Source: a virus
Lineage: Duplodnaviria > Caudoviricetes
Strand: one strand, 5' to 3'
IMG/VR virus record: IMGVR_UViG_3300032238_001026
Coordinates: 1-37,738 of that record
DNA: 37,738 bases
Shown: positions 1 to 10,000 of the stretch, piece by piece
How positions within the stretch are numbered: the stretch's first letter is position 1
Layout of the letters: every line of letters starts with the position of its first letter
The notes under the pieces: generated by a model
Told to the model about the DNA's origin: nothing
Seen by the model: only the letters and a program-made list of their open reading frames with translations
Databases searched by the model: none
Made by a program: the position numbers and the translations under genes

Positions 1-685
1 GAATACTTGCTAGATTTTGTTCAAAGGTGCTGGTGCATCCAGTTCCTACAAAACTTTCATTATATTTGTAATCTCCATCCTTATCTACTGTCGGAACATA
101 GTAATTTTGTTGAGATGGTGGTGAAACACGCAATCTATTTGCACTATCAAGTTGAGTATTGGTTTTATCAATAAACTTCACATATGATGGTATTGTAGAT
201 GAAGTGCTTACAATTGTTGCAGATACTGGAAGTGGATTAGTAGAACTTACAGGAGCATTATTAAGGTTGAGTGATACTTGCCCCGTTGTTCCAATTCCTA
301 CTGTTCCTTGAACTGTAACAGTAGAACCAATACCTGATACTGCAACTGTTGTAACTGGATTAGTTACATAGAAGGCAGTGTTGGATATTGATACAGTATT
401 CAGTAATGTAGAAATCCCAACTGGAAGATATGGAACATTTAAAATATCACTTGTTCCAACTTCTGTAATATGATTGTGAACTGGATTTGCAGGAGAACTT
501 GCAACACTTACAGTTGTTGGAATTGTAATGCTTCCATTAATTGTAATACTTGAACTTCCAAGAGATACTGGAAATGGGTTTTGATAACTTATTATTTGAC
601 CATCACTCGATGCAACCCCAACAACTTCAAACAGAGATCTTTCTTGATTTAAATAATCTCTATCATTCTTATTCCAAATAGCCAT
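1..685 (-). CDS. Putative virion structural protein, partial (runs off the window start)
   Basis: Hand translation from the ATG at 685: MAIWNKNDRDYLNQERSLFEVVGVASSDGQIISYQNPFPVSLG... It is S/T/V/G-rich with VGIGT motifs and I saw no stop before position 1. Absent from the track because it is truncated. Confidence 0.75.
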   Translation of the reverse strand, partial: MAIWNKNDRDYLNQERSLFEVVGVASSDGQIISYQNPFPVSLGSSSITINGSITIPTTVSVASSPANPVHNHITEVGTSDILNVPYLPVGISTLLNTVSISNTAFYVTNPVTTVAVSGIGSTVTVQGTVGIGTTGQVSLNLNNAPVSSTNPLPVSATIVSTSSTIPSYVKFIDKTNTQLDSANRLRVSPPSQQNYYVPTVDKDGDYKYNESFVGTGCTSTFEQNLASI

Positions 686-687
686 AA

Positions 688-1005
688 TTAGTCACTCCAA
701 GTTAATCTTTCTGGTTGATATCTTTGTGTATTTTTAATTTTTAAAGAACTTATTGGTTCTTGTGGGTAAATATTGTGAACAATTGCACCCGGGTACTGGT
801 CTTGAAGTTGTTCTGCTAATTCAGTTTTATTCATCATGCTACCTTCAACTTCAAGGCGATAAATTTTACCTTCCCACACTACATCAGCAAAAAAAGATTC
901 TTTAACTTGCTCCGATTGTGTCTCGGAACCATTGATGTAAAGGTTTCCGTTAAAGTCACCTGAAATATTGATGCTTTCGGATAAAAATTGTTTGAATGAT
1001 TTCAT
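688..1005 (-). CDS. Hypothetical phage protein with a capsid-targeting-like N-terminus (MKSFKQFLSE)
   Basis: Track ORF 688..1020 re-started at the ATG 1003-1005, which overlaps the upstream stop (TAATG coupling). Confidence 0.75.
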   Translation of the reverse strand: MKSFKQFLSESINISGDFNGNLYINGSETQSEQVKESFFADVVWEGKIYRLEVEGSMMNKTELAEQLQDQYPGAIVHNIYPQEPISSLKIKNTQRYQPERLTWSD

Positions 1006-2759
1006 TAGTTGCAGTTCCAACGACGAAGGGCTTTGTTAATTCTTGAATCTGGATCTCTTGAAGTTTCTGCAGAAGTTAGTTTCTTTTTCATTCCACTCAT
1101 TCTTGAACAAAATGATTTGCGGCGAGATGCTCTTTTTCCTGTTGGTTTCTTTTCTGTTACTGCAGTTTGGAGTTTTGATCCTGGATTTTCTCTACGATAT
1201 GCTTTAACTGCGGCAGGACTCAAACCATCGGTCTTATCTTTACGATTAACTGATTGCCAGTCTTCATCAATCTCAACTTCTTCTCCCATGGGTTTTACAT
1301 ATTTATTACTGGGACCAGGATTCGCAAGACTACCACCTTGGAGACCAGCTTGAATTATAGGTTGTCCTGGAGTAAACTCTGAAATAGAGTGATGAACTAC
1401 TTTTGATCCTGGATATACTTTTTGAATTTCATCTCCAATTTCTTTGCGAGATGGAATTTTTGTTTGTGGAAAGAACATTCTGATTGCATAATATTTTCCT
1501 CTCCAAGACAAAGTTACTACAACTATATTACCAGTTTGTGCTTGTAGTCTTGTTGCTTCGTTAACTTGAGATTTAAATCCTTTAATTGGTTCTGGTTCAA
1601 TTAAATCAACTACTTCCACAAAACTATTTCCATTTGCATCTTCAATTGTAATTGAATTTTGCTTTTCCGAAATAATTTCATTTACAATTTTATCTACTAA
1701 CTTTTCTTCAGATGCTGGAACACAATCAGGAACAATTTTTTTACCTTTCTTTTTCATTCCAACTTGCTTATAACCAGTCCAACAGGACTCTTCCATTTCT
1801 CCACTTGTAACATAATCAGCAGCAGTATCAATATAGTCTGCGGCTTTAGTAATTTTTGATTGTACCCAAGCCTCTAAAGATCCCTCACCCTTTGCTACTT
1901 TTTTCTCTAGTCTTTTAGCAGCATCAATAATATTTTTTATTTCTGATCTAGCCATAGAATATTCTTGGTCTTTGATAGAAACCTTATCCCATGCTTCTTC
2001 TCCATAAGAGCATTCTGATCTTGTTTCTCTCTTATCACATAAAGGACAATATCTTTCTTCTTCTACTGCTTCTGATTTTGTACCCCAATTTGCGGCACCT
2101 TTTTTACGACACTTGACTAGTGCCCCAGATGCGTATGCACTTGGCCAAACATCATATCTTGCCTTTACCTTATGATAACAAGCATCTTTTTTACCACTAC
2201 TTTCACCCGGTTTATCTTTTGCTTCTTGTACTTCCATTTCTTCTTTTATTTTCTTTTTAAGTGAATCTGTAGAAACATATGTTGGTTTTGCAGACCCTGA
2301 TTTTTCTTGTTGACCAGAATCTGCTGCCTTTTTTCTTATTGATGCAGAACGTCTTTCTGCCGGAGTCATGCTTGCTCTTTTAGAAGAAGATACGCATTTT
2401 GGAACTCCTTCTCCAGGTTCATCACTTGCACATGTTCCACCAGTTACCACATTTACCCAACCGGATTTTCCATCTTTTGATTTTGATTTTCCAAACCAAT
2501 CACGAAGACCTTCCTCAGTAACATCTTTAAATTTTTTATGTTCTTTTTTAGCAGATGCTTCCATTTTTTTCAATCGAGTATAATAATCTGGAATTTCATC
2601 AAGATGTTGTAGAGCAATATCCATTGCTAGTTCATGATCTTTTGTATGCTCATGTTCAATAGGTTCTCCCATATCAAGTTGCTTTTGTATGAAAGAAACA
2701 TCAAGGCGATGCTTCTTTGCAATTTGTTCAGCTGTTTTATGGGACTTTAACTTAGGCAT
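1005..2759 (-). CDS. Modular Lys/Cys-rich phage protein, 584 aa (putative head internal protein or polyprotein)
   Basis: Track ORF. It is a string of short basic modules (HEHT..ALQHLDEIPDYY; GLRDWF..KCV; DACYHKVK..WPSAYASG; CWTGY..PDCV; RRKSFCSRM..RRWNC) separated by Glu-rich linkers. It lies just downstream of gp16. Confidence 0.8.
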   Translation of the reverse strand: MPKLKSHKTAEQIAKKHRLDVSFIQKQLDMGEPIEHEHTKDHELAMDIALQHLDEIPDYYTRLKKMEASAKKEHKKFKDVTEEGLRDWFGKSKSKDGKSGWVNVVTGGTCASDEPGEGVPKCVSSSKRASMTPAERRSASIRKKAADSGQQEKSGSAKPTYVSTDSLKKKIKEEMEVQEAKDKPGESSGKKDACYHKVKARYDVWPSAYASGALVKCRKKGAANWGTKSEAVEEERYCPLCDKRETRSECSYGEEAWDKVSIKDQEYSMARSEIKNIIDAAKRLEKKVAKGEGSLEAWVQSKITKAADYIDTAADYVTSGEMEESCWTGYKQVGMKKKGKKIVPDCVPASEEKLVDKIVNEIISEKQNSITIEDANGNSFVEVVDLIEPEPIKGFKSQVNEATRLQAQTGNIVVVTLSWRGKYYAIRMFFPQTKIPSRKEIGDEIQKVYPGSKVVHHSISEFTPGQPIIQAGLQGGSLANPGPSNKYVKPMGEEVEIDEDWQSVNRKDKTDGLSPAAVKAYRRENPGSKLQTAVTEKKPTGKRASRRKSFCSRMSGMKKKLTSAETSRDPDSRINKALRRWNCN

Positions 2760-2762
2760 TAT

Positions 2763-2918
2763 TTAATTAACTGGTTTTGATTTAGTCTGTTCACCTTTTA
2801 CTCTTTTCTTTCTACCTGCACAATGAGCGCGTTGAGAAAATCCTTTAGGATTTGAGCAATTAATACTCTTCTTATATTTATTACTCCACTCTTCTTGAAA
2901 TTCTTTAAACGTTTTCAT
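2763..2918 (-). CDS. Small basic protein, 51 aa, with a capsid-targeting-like N-terminus
   Basis: Hand translation: MKTFKEFQEEWSNKYKKSINCSNPKGFSQRAHCAGRKKRVKGEQTKSKPVN*. It fills the gap between gp16 and the 584-aa ORF. Confidence 0.75.
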   Translation of the reverse strand: MKTFKEFQEEWSNKYKKSINCSNPKGFSQRAHCAGRKKRVKGEQTKSKPVN

Positions 2919-3342
2919 TTTGAGATTTTAAAAACTTTGCTAATTCTGTGGTTGATCCGACGAAAAGGGCATTATTTACTGTTGTTGGACCTCTAGATGA
3001 TTTTGATTCATCAATATCTTTTAATTTCTTTTGCAAATCCATTAATTTATCTGTTGCATCAGCAACACTTTTTATCAATTGTCCTGCAACTTCATATGCT
3101 CTAGGCATTTCACTTTCTTGAGCAAGCTCTAGAATTCCATTTATAGCTTCTTGACCTTTTTCAATCAAAGAGTATAAATTTCCGCGAGTATATTCGTAAT
3201 CTTTTTGAATATCATCTGTATTCAAATTTTTTTCAGTTGCAGAATCTATTGAAACTTCTTCCAATTTTGATTCTGTAATAGCAGAACTATCAATATTAAA
3301 AGTCTCATTTAAATCGTCAAAATTTTTATTCATTACTTTCAT
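2905..3342 (-). CDS. gp16: Terminase small subunit (T4 gp16-like)
   Basis: DYEYTRGNLYSLIEKG...PRAYEVAGQLIK...NNALFVGST motifs typical of T4-like gp16. Located after gp15. Confidence 0.92.
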   Translation of the reverse strand: MKVMNKNFDDLNETFNIDSSAITESKLEEVSIDSATEKNLNTDDIQKDYEYTRGNLYSLIEKGQEAINGILELAQESEMPRAYEVAGQLIKSVADATDKLMDLQKKLKDIDESKSSRGPTTVNNALFVGSTTELAKFLKSQNENV

Positions 3343-4346
3343 GAAAACAACCCATTAAATCCAAAATCATCTCCAAATTCAATTAGAGAATTATCTTCTT
3401 CAGTTATAGTATATAAGTTAGCACCAGATACATGTTCGGTAATTTTAGTCTCGTATAAACCTCTTTCAACTGTAATAGAATTTCCAGTTTTTGATACTAC
3501 TTTCATTGTCTCATCATCGACAGTAATAATACTGTCTTTGATAAGAGAAGTTGCATCAGCAACTGAGAAAGTTTTGGTTTCCAACTCTACATTATCTGTT
3601 AATAAGGTAGTAGCATTACCCGTATAATTTTTTGTAGCTTGTGGTTCTACTGCATAAGTAAGATCTCTTCTTGGTGATGTTGTTCTTCCACCCTCGACAA
3701 AACCAATAGAAACTTTTTTGACGATCTCGTTGGAGATACCAGCAGATGCAATAGGACCAAAAAGATAAGTTTTTGCTGTAAATCTTAAAGTATAGATTAA
3801 TGCTCTTCTAGTTTCAAAATTACCTTCATAATCATCTTGCATTGTTATATTATTAAAAATAATTGGAATATCTCTTTTTTCTGCGATATCTCCAGCTAAA
3901 GTAATAGTTAAATTATATGATGGTTGAAAATACGGTAATATCTGTTCTATGATTTGAAGCATATCATCATTCAGTGTAGTCATTATACTCAATTCAAAAT
4001 CCATATTATATGGAACGGGTAAATATGCCTTTCTTGGTTGAGTATTATCCGTCGCTAATGAAGTTAAAAATGTTTGAGTCTGAGTCAGTTTTCTGCTAGT
4101 GTCATAATTTAATCCAACAAATTCAAAAGACATCCTCGGAAGAGTTATTTGAACTGGTTTGTTTAAATTTGGAGATTGCTCTAGTCTAGCCAGAAATTTT
4201 TGAGTTGGACCATAAGCTAAGGGGACTTTAGTCTCGGAAACAACATTACCATTGTCGTCGGTTTTTTTAATGGATATATTGTTAAATAATGTTCCAAACC
4301 CTATAATGGTTCTTCTAAAAATTTCGTTATAAAAATACTCAAACAT
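3339..4346 (-). CDS. gp15: Tail sheath stabilizer / tail completion protein (T4 gp15-like)
   Basis: YFYNEIFRRTIIGFGTLFNNI, VPLAYGP.QKFL, LPRMSFE and QILPYFQP motifs. Fits the gp13-gp14-gp15-gp16 order. Confidence 0.92.
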   Translation of the reverse strand: MFEYFYNEIFRRTIIGFGTLFNNISIKKTDDNGNVVSETKVPLAYGPTQKFLARLEQSPNLNKPVQITLPRMSFEFVGLNYDTSRKLTQTQTFLTSLATDNTQPRKAYLPVPYNMDFELSIMTTLNDDMLQIIEQILPYFQPSYNLTITLAGDIAEKRDIPIIFNNITMQDDYEGNFETRRALIYTLRFTAKTYLFGPIASAGISNEIVKKVSIGFVEGGRTTSPRRDLTYAVEPQATKNYTGNATTLLTDNVELETKTFSVADATSLIKDSIITVDDETMKVVSKTGNSITVERGLYETKITEHVSGANLYTITEEDNSLIEFGDDFGFNGLFS

Positions 4347-4363
4347 GATACGTCAATATTTCT

Positions 4364-4376
4364 TATTTACTATTTA
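4364..4376 (-). promoter_or_regulatory. Putative late promoter(s): tandem TAAATA cores upstream of gp15
   Basis: The - strand reads GTTAAATAGTAAATAAG about 20-30 nt upstream of the gp15 ATG. This is a partial match to TATAAATA. Confidence 0.5.
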
Positions 4377-4392
4377 ACAAATTTTTTTCTCT

Positions 4393-5790
4393 TTAGGGCA
4401 TTCCGAAAGGATTTCTCTCACTAAAATCTAAAATATTATCAGATTCCACTTCAATTTCCTCATTAGATGCGTACTTATCAGTAACATCAAATTCTGTTTT
4501 GTAAGATAGTTTATATGCTGCTCCAGATTCTTGTCCAGTTATTGTTTCTCCTTCGATAAATTGTCCATCAGGTTTTGAAATTTGAAGAATCCTAGTTACT
4601 CCATTCCAAGAAGATACTCTTGCAGTTGTACTGCTAACTGCTCCAATTACATACTCATTGAACAAATAAGTTCCTGATCCAATAAGAACTGGATTTCCTA
4701 TTGTTACTGTTGGTGCTGAAGCATATCCAACACCACGATTGGACATGAGAACACCAGAAATTGTTGAAGCAGTGCTTACAGTTGTTATTCCTGTTGCTGT
4801 TATTCCACCATATGGGGCAGTGGTGAAAGCAACCGCAGGGGGTGAAGACACAAGATATCCGGTTCCACCATTTGAAATAGTAACAACACCGACAACACCA
4901 TTCCCAATAGAACAAGTTGCAATAAATCCAGATGCATCTTGTCCACCACCTAAAGCAATGACTTTAGGTGCAACTGTATATCCAAAACCTGGATTTGTAA
5001 TTGTAATTGATTGAATTTTTTTCGAAGTTGTTCCATTGCAATCAACCAATCCAGAAATCATATTTGCAACACCAATAGCAGTTCCTCCAGATACTGGTGA
5101 TTTTTCAAAAACTATACTAGGTTGTGATGAATATCCAGATCCTCTATTCAAAATAGATACATTGTAAACCGCACCATTAACTAATCCAGCATATGCTGTA
5201 GCAGTTATTCCAGATCCAGCTAAGGTTAAAGATTGAATATATCCATCTTCTTTAATATTATCATCAATATAATCAATATCAGTATCAATTTCTTCATTTG
5301 AAGCCCTAAACAATTCACACTTTAGAACATAAACATAGTTTTTTCCTAGTTGGTAAAATGGTTGCTCATGCTCTACAAATTTGATTTCAAAGAGTCTATC
5401 ACCTAAAGGAAAATAGATCAGATCTCCTTCTTTAGGTCTAGAAATCAATTCAGTATCTGGTATGTTTTGATATTGTATTAATGGGTAAATATAAGATTCA
5501 TACCTTTCTCTAGAAATTACCAGAGTTAAATCATCCAAATCTTGTATTCCAAATTTTGAAAGTATTGTACCTTGCCCACCATATCCTTCGTAATTTTCAA
5601 CGTAGGCTTCTATTGGGTAAGCATCCCTAAAAGTAGATTCTATTACTTCCCTTATAACTGTTTTAGTAGTTAAAAATCTTCTTGGTAAATAATGAACCTC
5701 AACTCCATATATTTTTAGTTGCTCATTGATTAAATCTTGAATAAGGTTCTGCTCACCTTTTGACCCCTGGAGAAAAAATGGATTGAGCAT
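4393..5790 (-). CDS. gp14: Neck protein (T4 gp14-like) with a Gly/Thr-rich insertion
   Basis: N-terminal EQNLIQDLINEQLKIYG, RPKEGDLIYFP and FYQLGKNYVY motifs. C-terminal DFSERNPFG. Confidence 0.92.
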   Translation of the reverse strand: MLNPFFLQGSKGEQNLIQDLINEQLKIYGVEVHYLPRRFLTTKTVIREVIESTFRDAYPIEAYVENYEGYGGQGTILSKFGIQDLDDLTLVISRERYESYIYPLIQYQNIPDTELISRPKEGDLIYFPLGDRLFEIKFVEHEQPFYQLGKNYVYVLKCELFRASNEEIDTDIDYIDDNIKEDGYIQSLTLAGSGITATAYAGLVNGAVYNVSILNRGSGYSSQPSIVFEKSPVSGGTAIGVANMISGLVDCNGTTSKKIQSITITNPGFGYTVAPKVIALGGGQDASGFIATCSIGNGVVGVVTISNGGTGYLVSSPPAVAFTTAPYGGITATGITTVSTASTISGVLMSNRGVGYASAPTVTIGNPVLIGSGTYLFNEYVIGAVSSTTARVSSWNGVTRILQISKPDGQFIEGETITGQESGAAYKLSYKTEFDVTDKYASNEEIEVESDNILDFSERNPFGMP

Positions 5791-5794
5791 ATGT

Positions 5795-6637
5795 TTATCC
5801 TATCATGTCGAAAGGTGGTAATTCATAAGTATTGGACATTTTATTAATTATTTCTTCTATTTCTCTTATTGCATCATCATAAATTTGTCTTCCATTTAAT
5901 TCAACGCCACCTGGAAGTTTTACTCCTTGGAATTTGATTAAATTCTGTCCCCATTGTTTTTTGATCAGTGCTGTTAAATATGGTTTTAAAAATGAATCAT
6001 TCCATACTCTAGAATATTCATTTGGATTTAGTACACGATAACAATCAATAATTACATAATCACCAACGTTAACTGCGGACCAATCAATGTCCATATAAAG
6101 ACGATCCATTCTCTTATTAAATCTAATTTGTTTTTGGTTGGTTAATAACCAATCCAAATCTTCAAGGTATCTTTTTACCATGGAATATGTTAGAATTTCA
6201 GTAGATCCCCAATAGTAAATATCATTTAAAAATAACTGATATTTTATACTAAACATTCCAGAAGATACTCTATTAGTACCATCAAATTGCATTACTTTAT
6301 TGATTCCAATTATATCTGGTGGAATCTGTAAAAAGTTTCCATTTTCGGCAAAATTAAAATTTACAGAAGATCCGCCTATTATGGCGGTTGCTGAAGTAGT
6401 AGCAATGCCCACATTACCATTTCTAGGAGCTCTACCCCTATCAATATCATTTTGTGTTATTTGATATTTTAAATATACTTGCCCTACCCCATCAAAATGC
6501 CTTTCTTGGAATAATTGTATAGCATCATCTACTAGATCATCAATTTGCTCATCAGCAACATTTATTTCCAAAACTGGAGCGCCCAGTTTTCTTTTGCAAT
6601 AATCGACTAATTGTTGCCTAGTAGATGGTTGGGACAT
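5795..6637 (-). CDS. gp13: Neck protein (T4 gp13-like)
   Basis: RKLGAPVLEINV, KKQWGQNLIKF.G..LPGG..LNG and C-terminal PP..MIG motifs. Confidence 0.93.
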   Translation of the reverse strand: MSQPSTRQQLVDYCKRKLGAPVLEINVADEQIDDLVDDAIQLFQERHFDGVGQVYLKYQITQNDIDRGRAPRNGNVGIATTSATAIIGGSSVNFNFAENGNFLQIPPDIIGINKVMQFDGTNRVSSGMFSIKYQLFLNDIYYWGSTEILTYSMVKRYLEDLDWLLTNQKQIRFNKRMDRLYMDIDWSAVNVGDYVIIDCYRVLNPNEYSRVWNDSFLKPYLTALIKKQWGQNLIKFQGVKLPGGVELNGRQIYDDAIREIEEIINKMSNTYELPPFDMIG

Positions 6638-6804
6638 TATCGGAAACTTGCTACTACTTCTTGTTGTTTAAAATATAATTTAATATAAGACTTTGCAAGA
6701 GTTCTCAAAGTTTCAATATCATTAATACTATCTATGTCTCTAGAAAGTTTTTCATATTCAAAAGATTTACTAAAACTTTCTAATTCAATATCAGATGGTT
6801 TCAT
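6637..6804 (-). CDS. Small helical protein, 55 aa (weak NblA-like pattern)
   Basis: Hand translation: MKPSDIELESFSKSFEYEKLSRDIDSINDIETLRTLAKSYIKLYFKQQEVVASFR*. It has an ATGA overlap upstream and a TAATG overlap with gp13. Confidence 0.75.
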   Translation of the reverse strand: MKPSDIELESFSKSFEYEKLSRDIDSINDIETLRTLAKSYIKLYFKQQEVVASFR

Positions 6805-7019
6805 TTAACTAAACTCCTAAGTAAATATTTTATTTCATTGAGATCATTTTTAATATCTTTAACTTCAGTCTCTAGAGAATTGATTTTTTCTGATTCAAGT
6901 TCTTTTAATGATCTTGTAGCTAAATACTGTTCATATTCAACGTCGTTGGTGTTAATTATAGCACCAACTTCAGAATCTCTTAGTAAATTTGAATACCCTT
7001 CTACTTTATAATGTTCCAT
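6801..7019 (-). CDS. Cyanophage-type hypothetical protein, 72 aa, with a C-terminal coiled coil
   Basis: Track ORF re-started at ATG 7019 (MEHYKVEG...GAIINT...). Heptad pattern INSLETEVKDIKNDLNEIK. Confidence 0.75.
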   Translation of the reverse strand: MEHYKVEGYSNLLRDSEVGAIINTNDVEYEQYLATRSLKELESEKINSLETEVKDIKNDLNEIKYLLRSLVK

Positions 7020-7020
7020 C

Positions 7021-10000
7021 TTAAGCCAATACAATGATTCTAAAATCTCTTATGAGAGGTGGATGTGCTGAGTTTGTGGATGTCCCTAATAGTTTGATAC
7101 TATAATATCTAAATGGAGGTAATTTATCTATAGAAAATTCATATTCTCTGAAGGTAAGTTTGTTACTATCTCCAGAAAATTCTGTAGATTTTTGAACTTT
7201 TTTATTTGGTAAACCACTATTTCTCTCAGGGTTGATAATATCACCGTTAGTATCTAAATTATTATAACCTGGGAATAAGTTGTAAATTTGCAGATCTTTT
7301 GCATTTTTACCTATAGAATATAGTGCTCTAATCTCAGCATCATTATTTACATATGCAGTGAACAGGCATTTTATTGAGGTAGCCGCAAGTTCTAATGTTA
7401 TTGGTGCAGTTGCATAAGTAAATGCTGTCGGATCCCCATCTAAAGTTGAAGTCCTATTATCTGAGATGTAATTTGTTATTACGCTATTAACTCTATTTGA
7501 GGAAAGAATAATACCAAGTCTATGTAAATCAATTACTGGCGAAACATATGACTTAGTTGAAGAAAGTACCAAAGATAATTCAAAAGATTTGTTAATTGGA
7601 AGAGCTGATAACTTATTCTTTTCATTAATTTGGGAACAAATTAGTCTTGGTGATGATAAGAAGTTATCTGCATTCAAAGAAACAGATTCAAATCCTTTAT
7701 CTAAGAAAGAAATCTCTGTGTTGTTATTAACACTTGTACCACTAATAGTTCTAGCTGTAGAATCTATTTTTGTTCCAGGAAGAACTAATGTCTGTACCTG
7801 TGGATGCAGCATATCAAATTGTATATTTTGAGTAGCATATACATCAGACCCACCTGCGGTTTTAGATTCATTAATATAAAGTTTGGGGAAACTTGTTGAC
7901 GTATTTCTATCTGGAATTTCATCAGTTTGTCCAATATCAACCCCATCCATATTCAATCTAAGCCAATAGTAATCTAATCCAATTGCTTCTGATACTGTTG
8001 CATCTTGTAAAGTATGAGTTTTGTTAATTCTCCTTAGAGAAATACCACGAGTCTCGTATTTGTAAACATCTGTTCCATTCTTATATGCGAATACTTTGGT
8101 ATTATCAATTCCTCTGGTAATTCCAGTTAGAGTATTTCCAGAAACTCCACTATAAGAAATAATTTCATCTTCAATTAATGCATATCCCCTATTTGTAGTT
8201 GCAATTCCTACATTTTCAAAAGTAGAGAATTCACTTGCATCAACAAGAACTATATTTTCTGCAGTATCTCCCAAGTTCGCATTTAATTTTGTTGGTTTTG
8301 TTGTTGGATCAACACCAGAAATAACAACATCATTGGTCTTAGAATGCATACCATGATTTCTGTGGTTAACTTTAAAATGTAAACCATCATTAAATGTGCT
8401 AGCAAGATCTATACTTGAAACTGTTACTCCACCACCTACAGCGTAGTTTAGATCCGTATTAATTCCGGCTGAGGTTACAAAACTAATTGTAGATCCAGTT
8501 CCTGTAATAAAATCTCCTTGTATATTATCAATAATTAACTGATTACCACCAGAAGTATTTCTAACAGTTAATCTCATATTTTCACCTAGTCCATCATCAC
8601 CCAAAGATGATACGGTTAGAACATCTCCAGTTACATATCCAGATCCACCTCTAGATATAGTTGCTGCAATAGCAACTCCATTTGTTGATGAATTTGCTCC
8701 TATAGTTATGTTAGCAGTTGCATTTTTACCAGATCCAGTAACTGTAACCAGGGAAACATTACTATAAGTAAAACTTGATCCATTTGAAGGAGTATAACCT
8801 ATTCCGGAATTTGTTATTCCTAAAGTTCCACTAGCAGACCCTGCAGATCCAACATAATTTCCTGTAGCATTTGATCCTTTTTGATATATTGTATTTCCAA
8901 TTTGTAATACAGGATCATTAATGGATGATGCTAAAGAAACTCTAGCTTTTCTTGAAATATATTGAATTGGGTTAGTAGGTAATTTTGCAATTTTTTTGTT
9001 TCTTGTTGTTAAATTTGGATTGAAGAAATTAACAGTTCCTGTTTGAGTATTTACAAATTCTGCTCTATACAGATTATATTTTAAATCTTCATATTGACTT
9101 GGATCCCAAGTTGATCCATTTTGAGATTTGAATAGTGATCCTAAGTCTGGTTGTTTAGTTACAACAACTTGACGAGATTCTGGACCTGATTGTGTAGTAA
9201 TATCAATTTCTCCAATTCTGGAACACCAGACTTGATAATCATTTGAATCGGATAGCATTACTATAGCATGTTCTTTTTCACCCTTTAAATAAACAGGAGA
9301 TGGGAAGGTTAATGTTGTTGCTACTGATCCATCTTGAGATGTTTTAATATTCTTTGGTAATACAATAAGTTCGCTAAATGGATAAACTTCTTCCGTTGGA
9401 GTGCCCAAGGACATTGTGCGAAGTTGGAATATTAAAGGTATTCTTCCTGTTGGATCTTTTGATTGGAAGTATAGATCAATTTTAGTTACAAAGATTCCAC
9501 TTGGTTCATCGACATAGAATGACTGTGCTAATGGGTCATGTCGACGTGGAGGTGGTGGTGGAGTTAAATCAACAACAGTTGTTCTTGATGCAGCTTTTTG
9601 CTCTGTTAATGTTTTTGTTTGGAATCTAGGACTTCTAGTCGATTGAATAGTTTCTTGTACCGTATTTAATGTTCCTTGAGCAAAATACTGCTCTTCACCT
9701 GAAGTGACTAGGATACCAGAAACAGTAGAATTGGTTGAACTGTTTGTTAATCTAAAAGTTCTAATTCCAGTTTTGAATTTTGGATTTGTTCTTATATTTG
9801 GATCTGGAATAAAGTAAGATGCTATAATAGTTCCTACATCATCGGTAACTAATCTAACATCAGTTACTTCGGCAATAGATCCGCTAGTACCACCTTTTAA
9901 GCGCATACCTTTAGAAATATATCCATCAAATCCATCTTTAACACCTTCTGTTAGATTGTAAGTATCTACATTAAGTATTGTTGAAGTTGAAGAATAATTT

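Noticed and set aside
1-2904. Absence of terminase large subunit gp17 right after gp16
   Set aside because: Genes inserted between gp16 and gp17 are common in cyanomyoviruses, and gp17 probably lies beyond the window edge.
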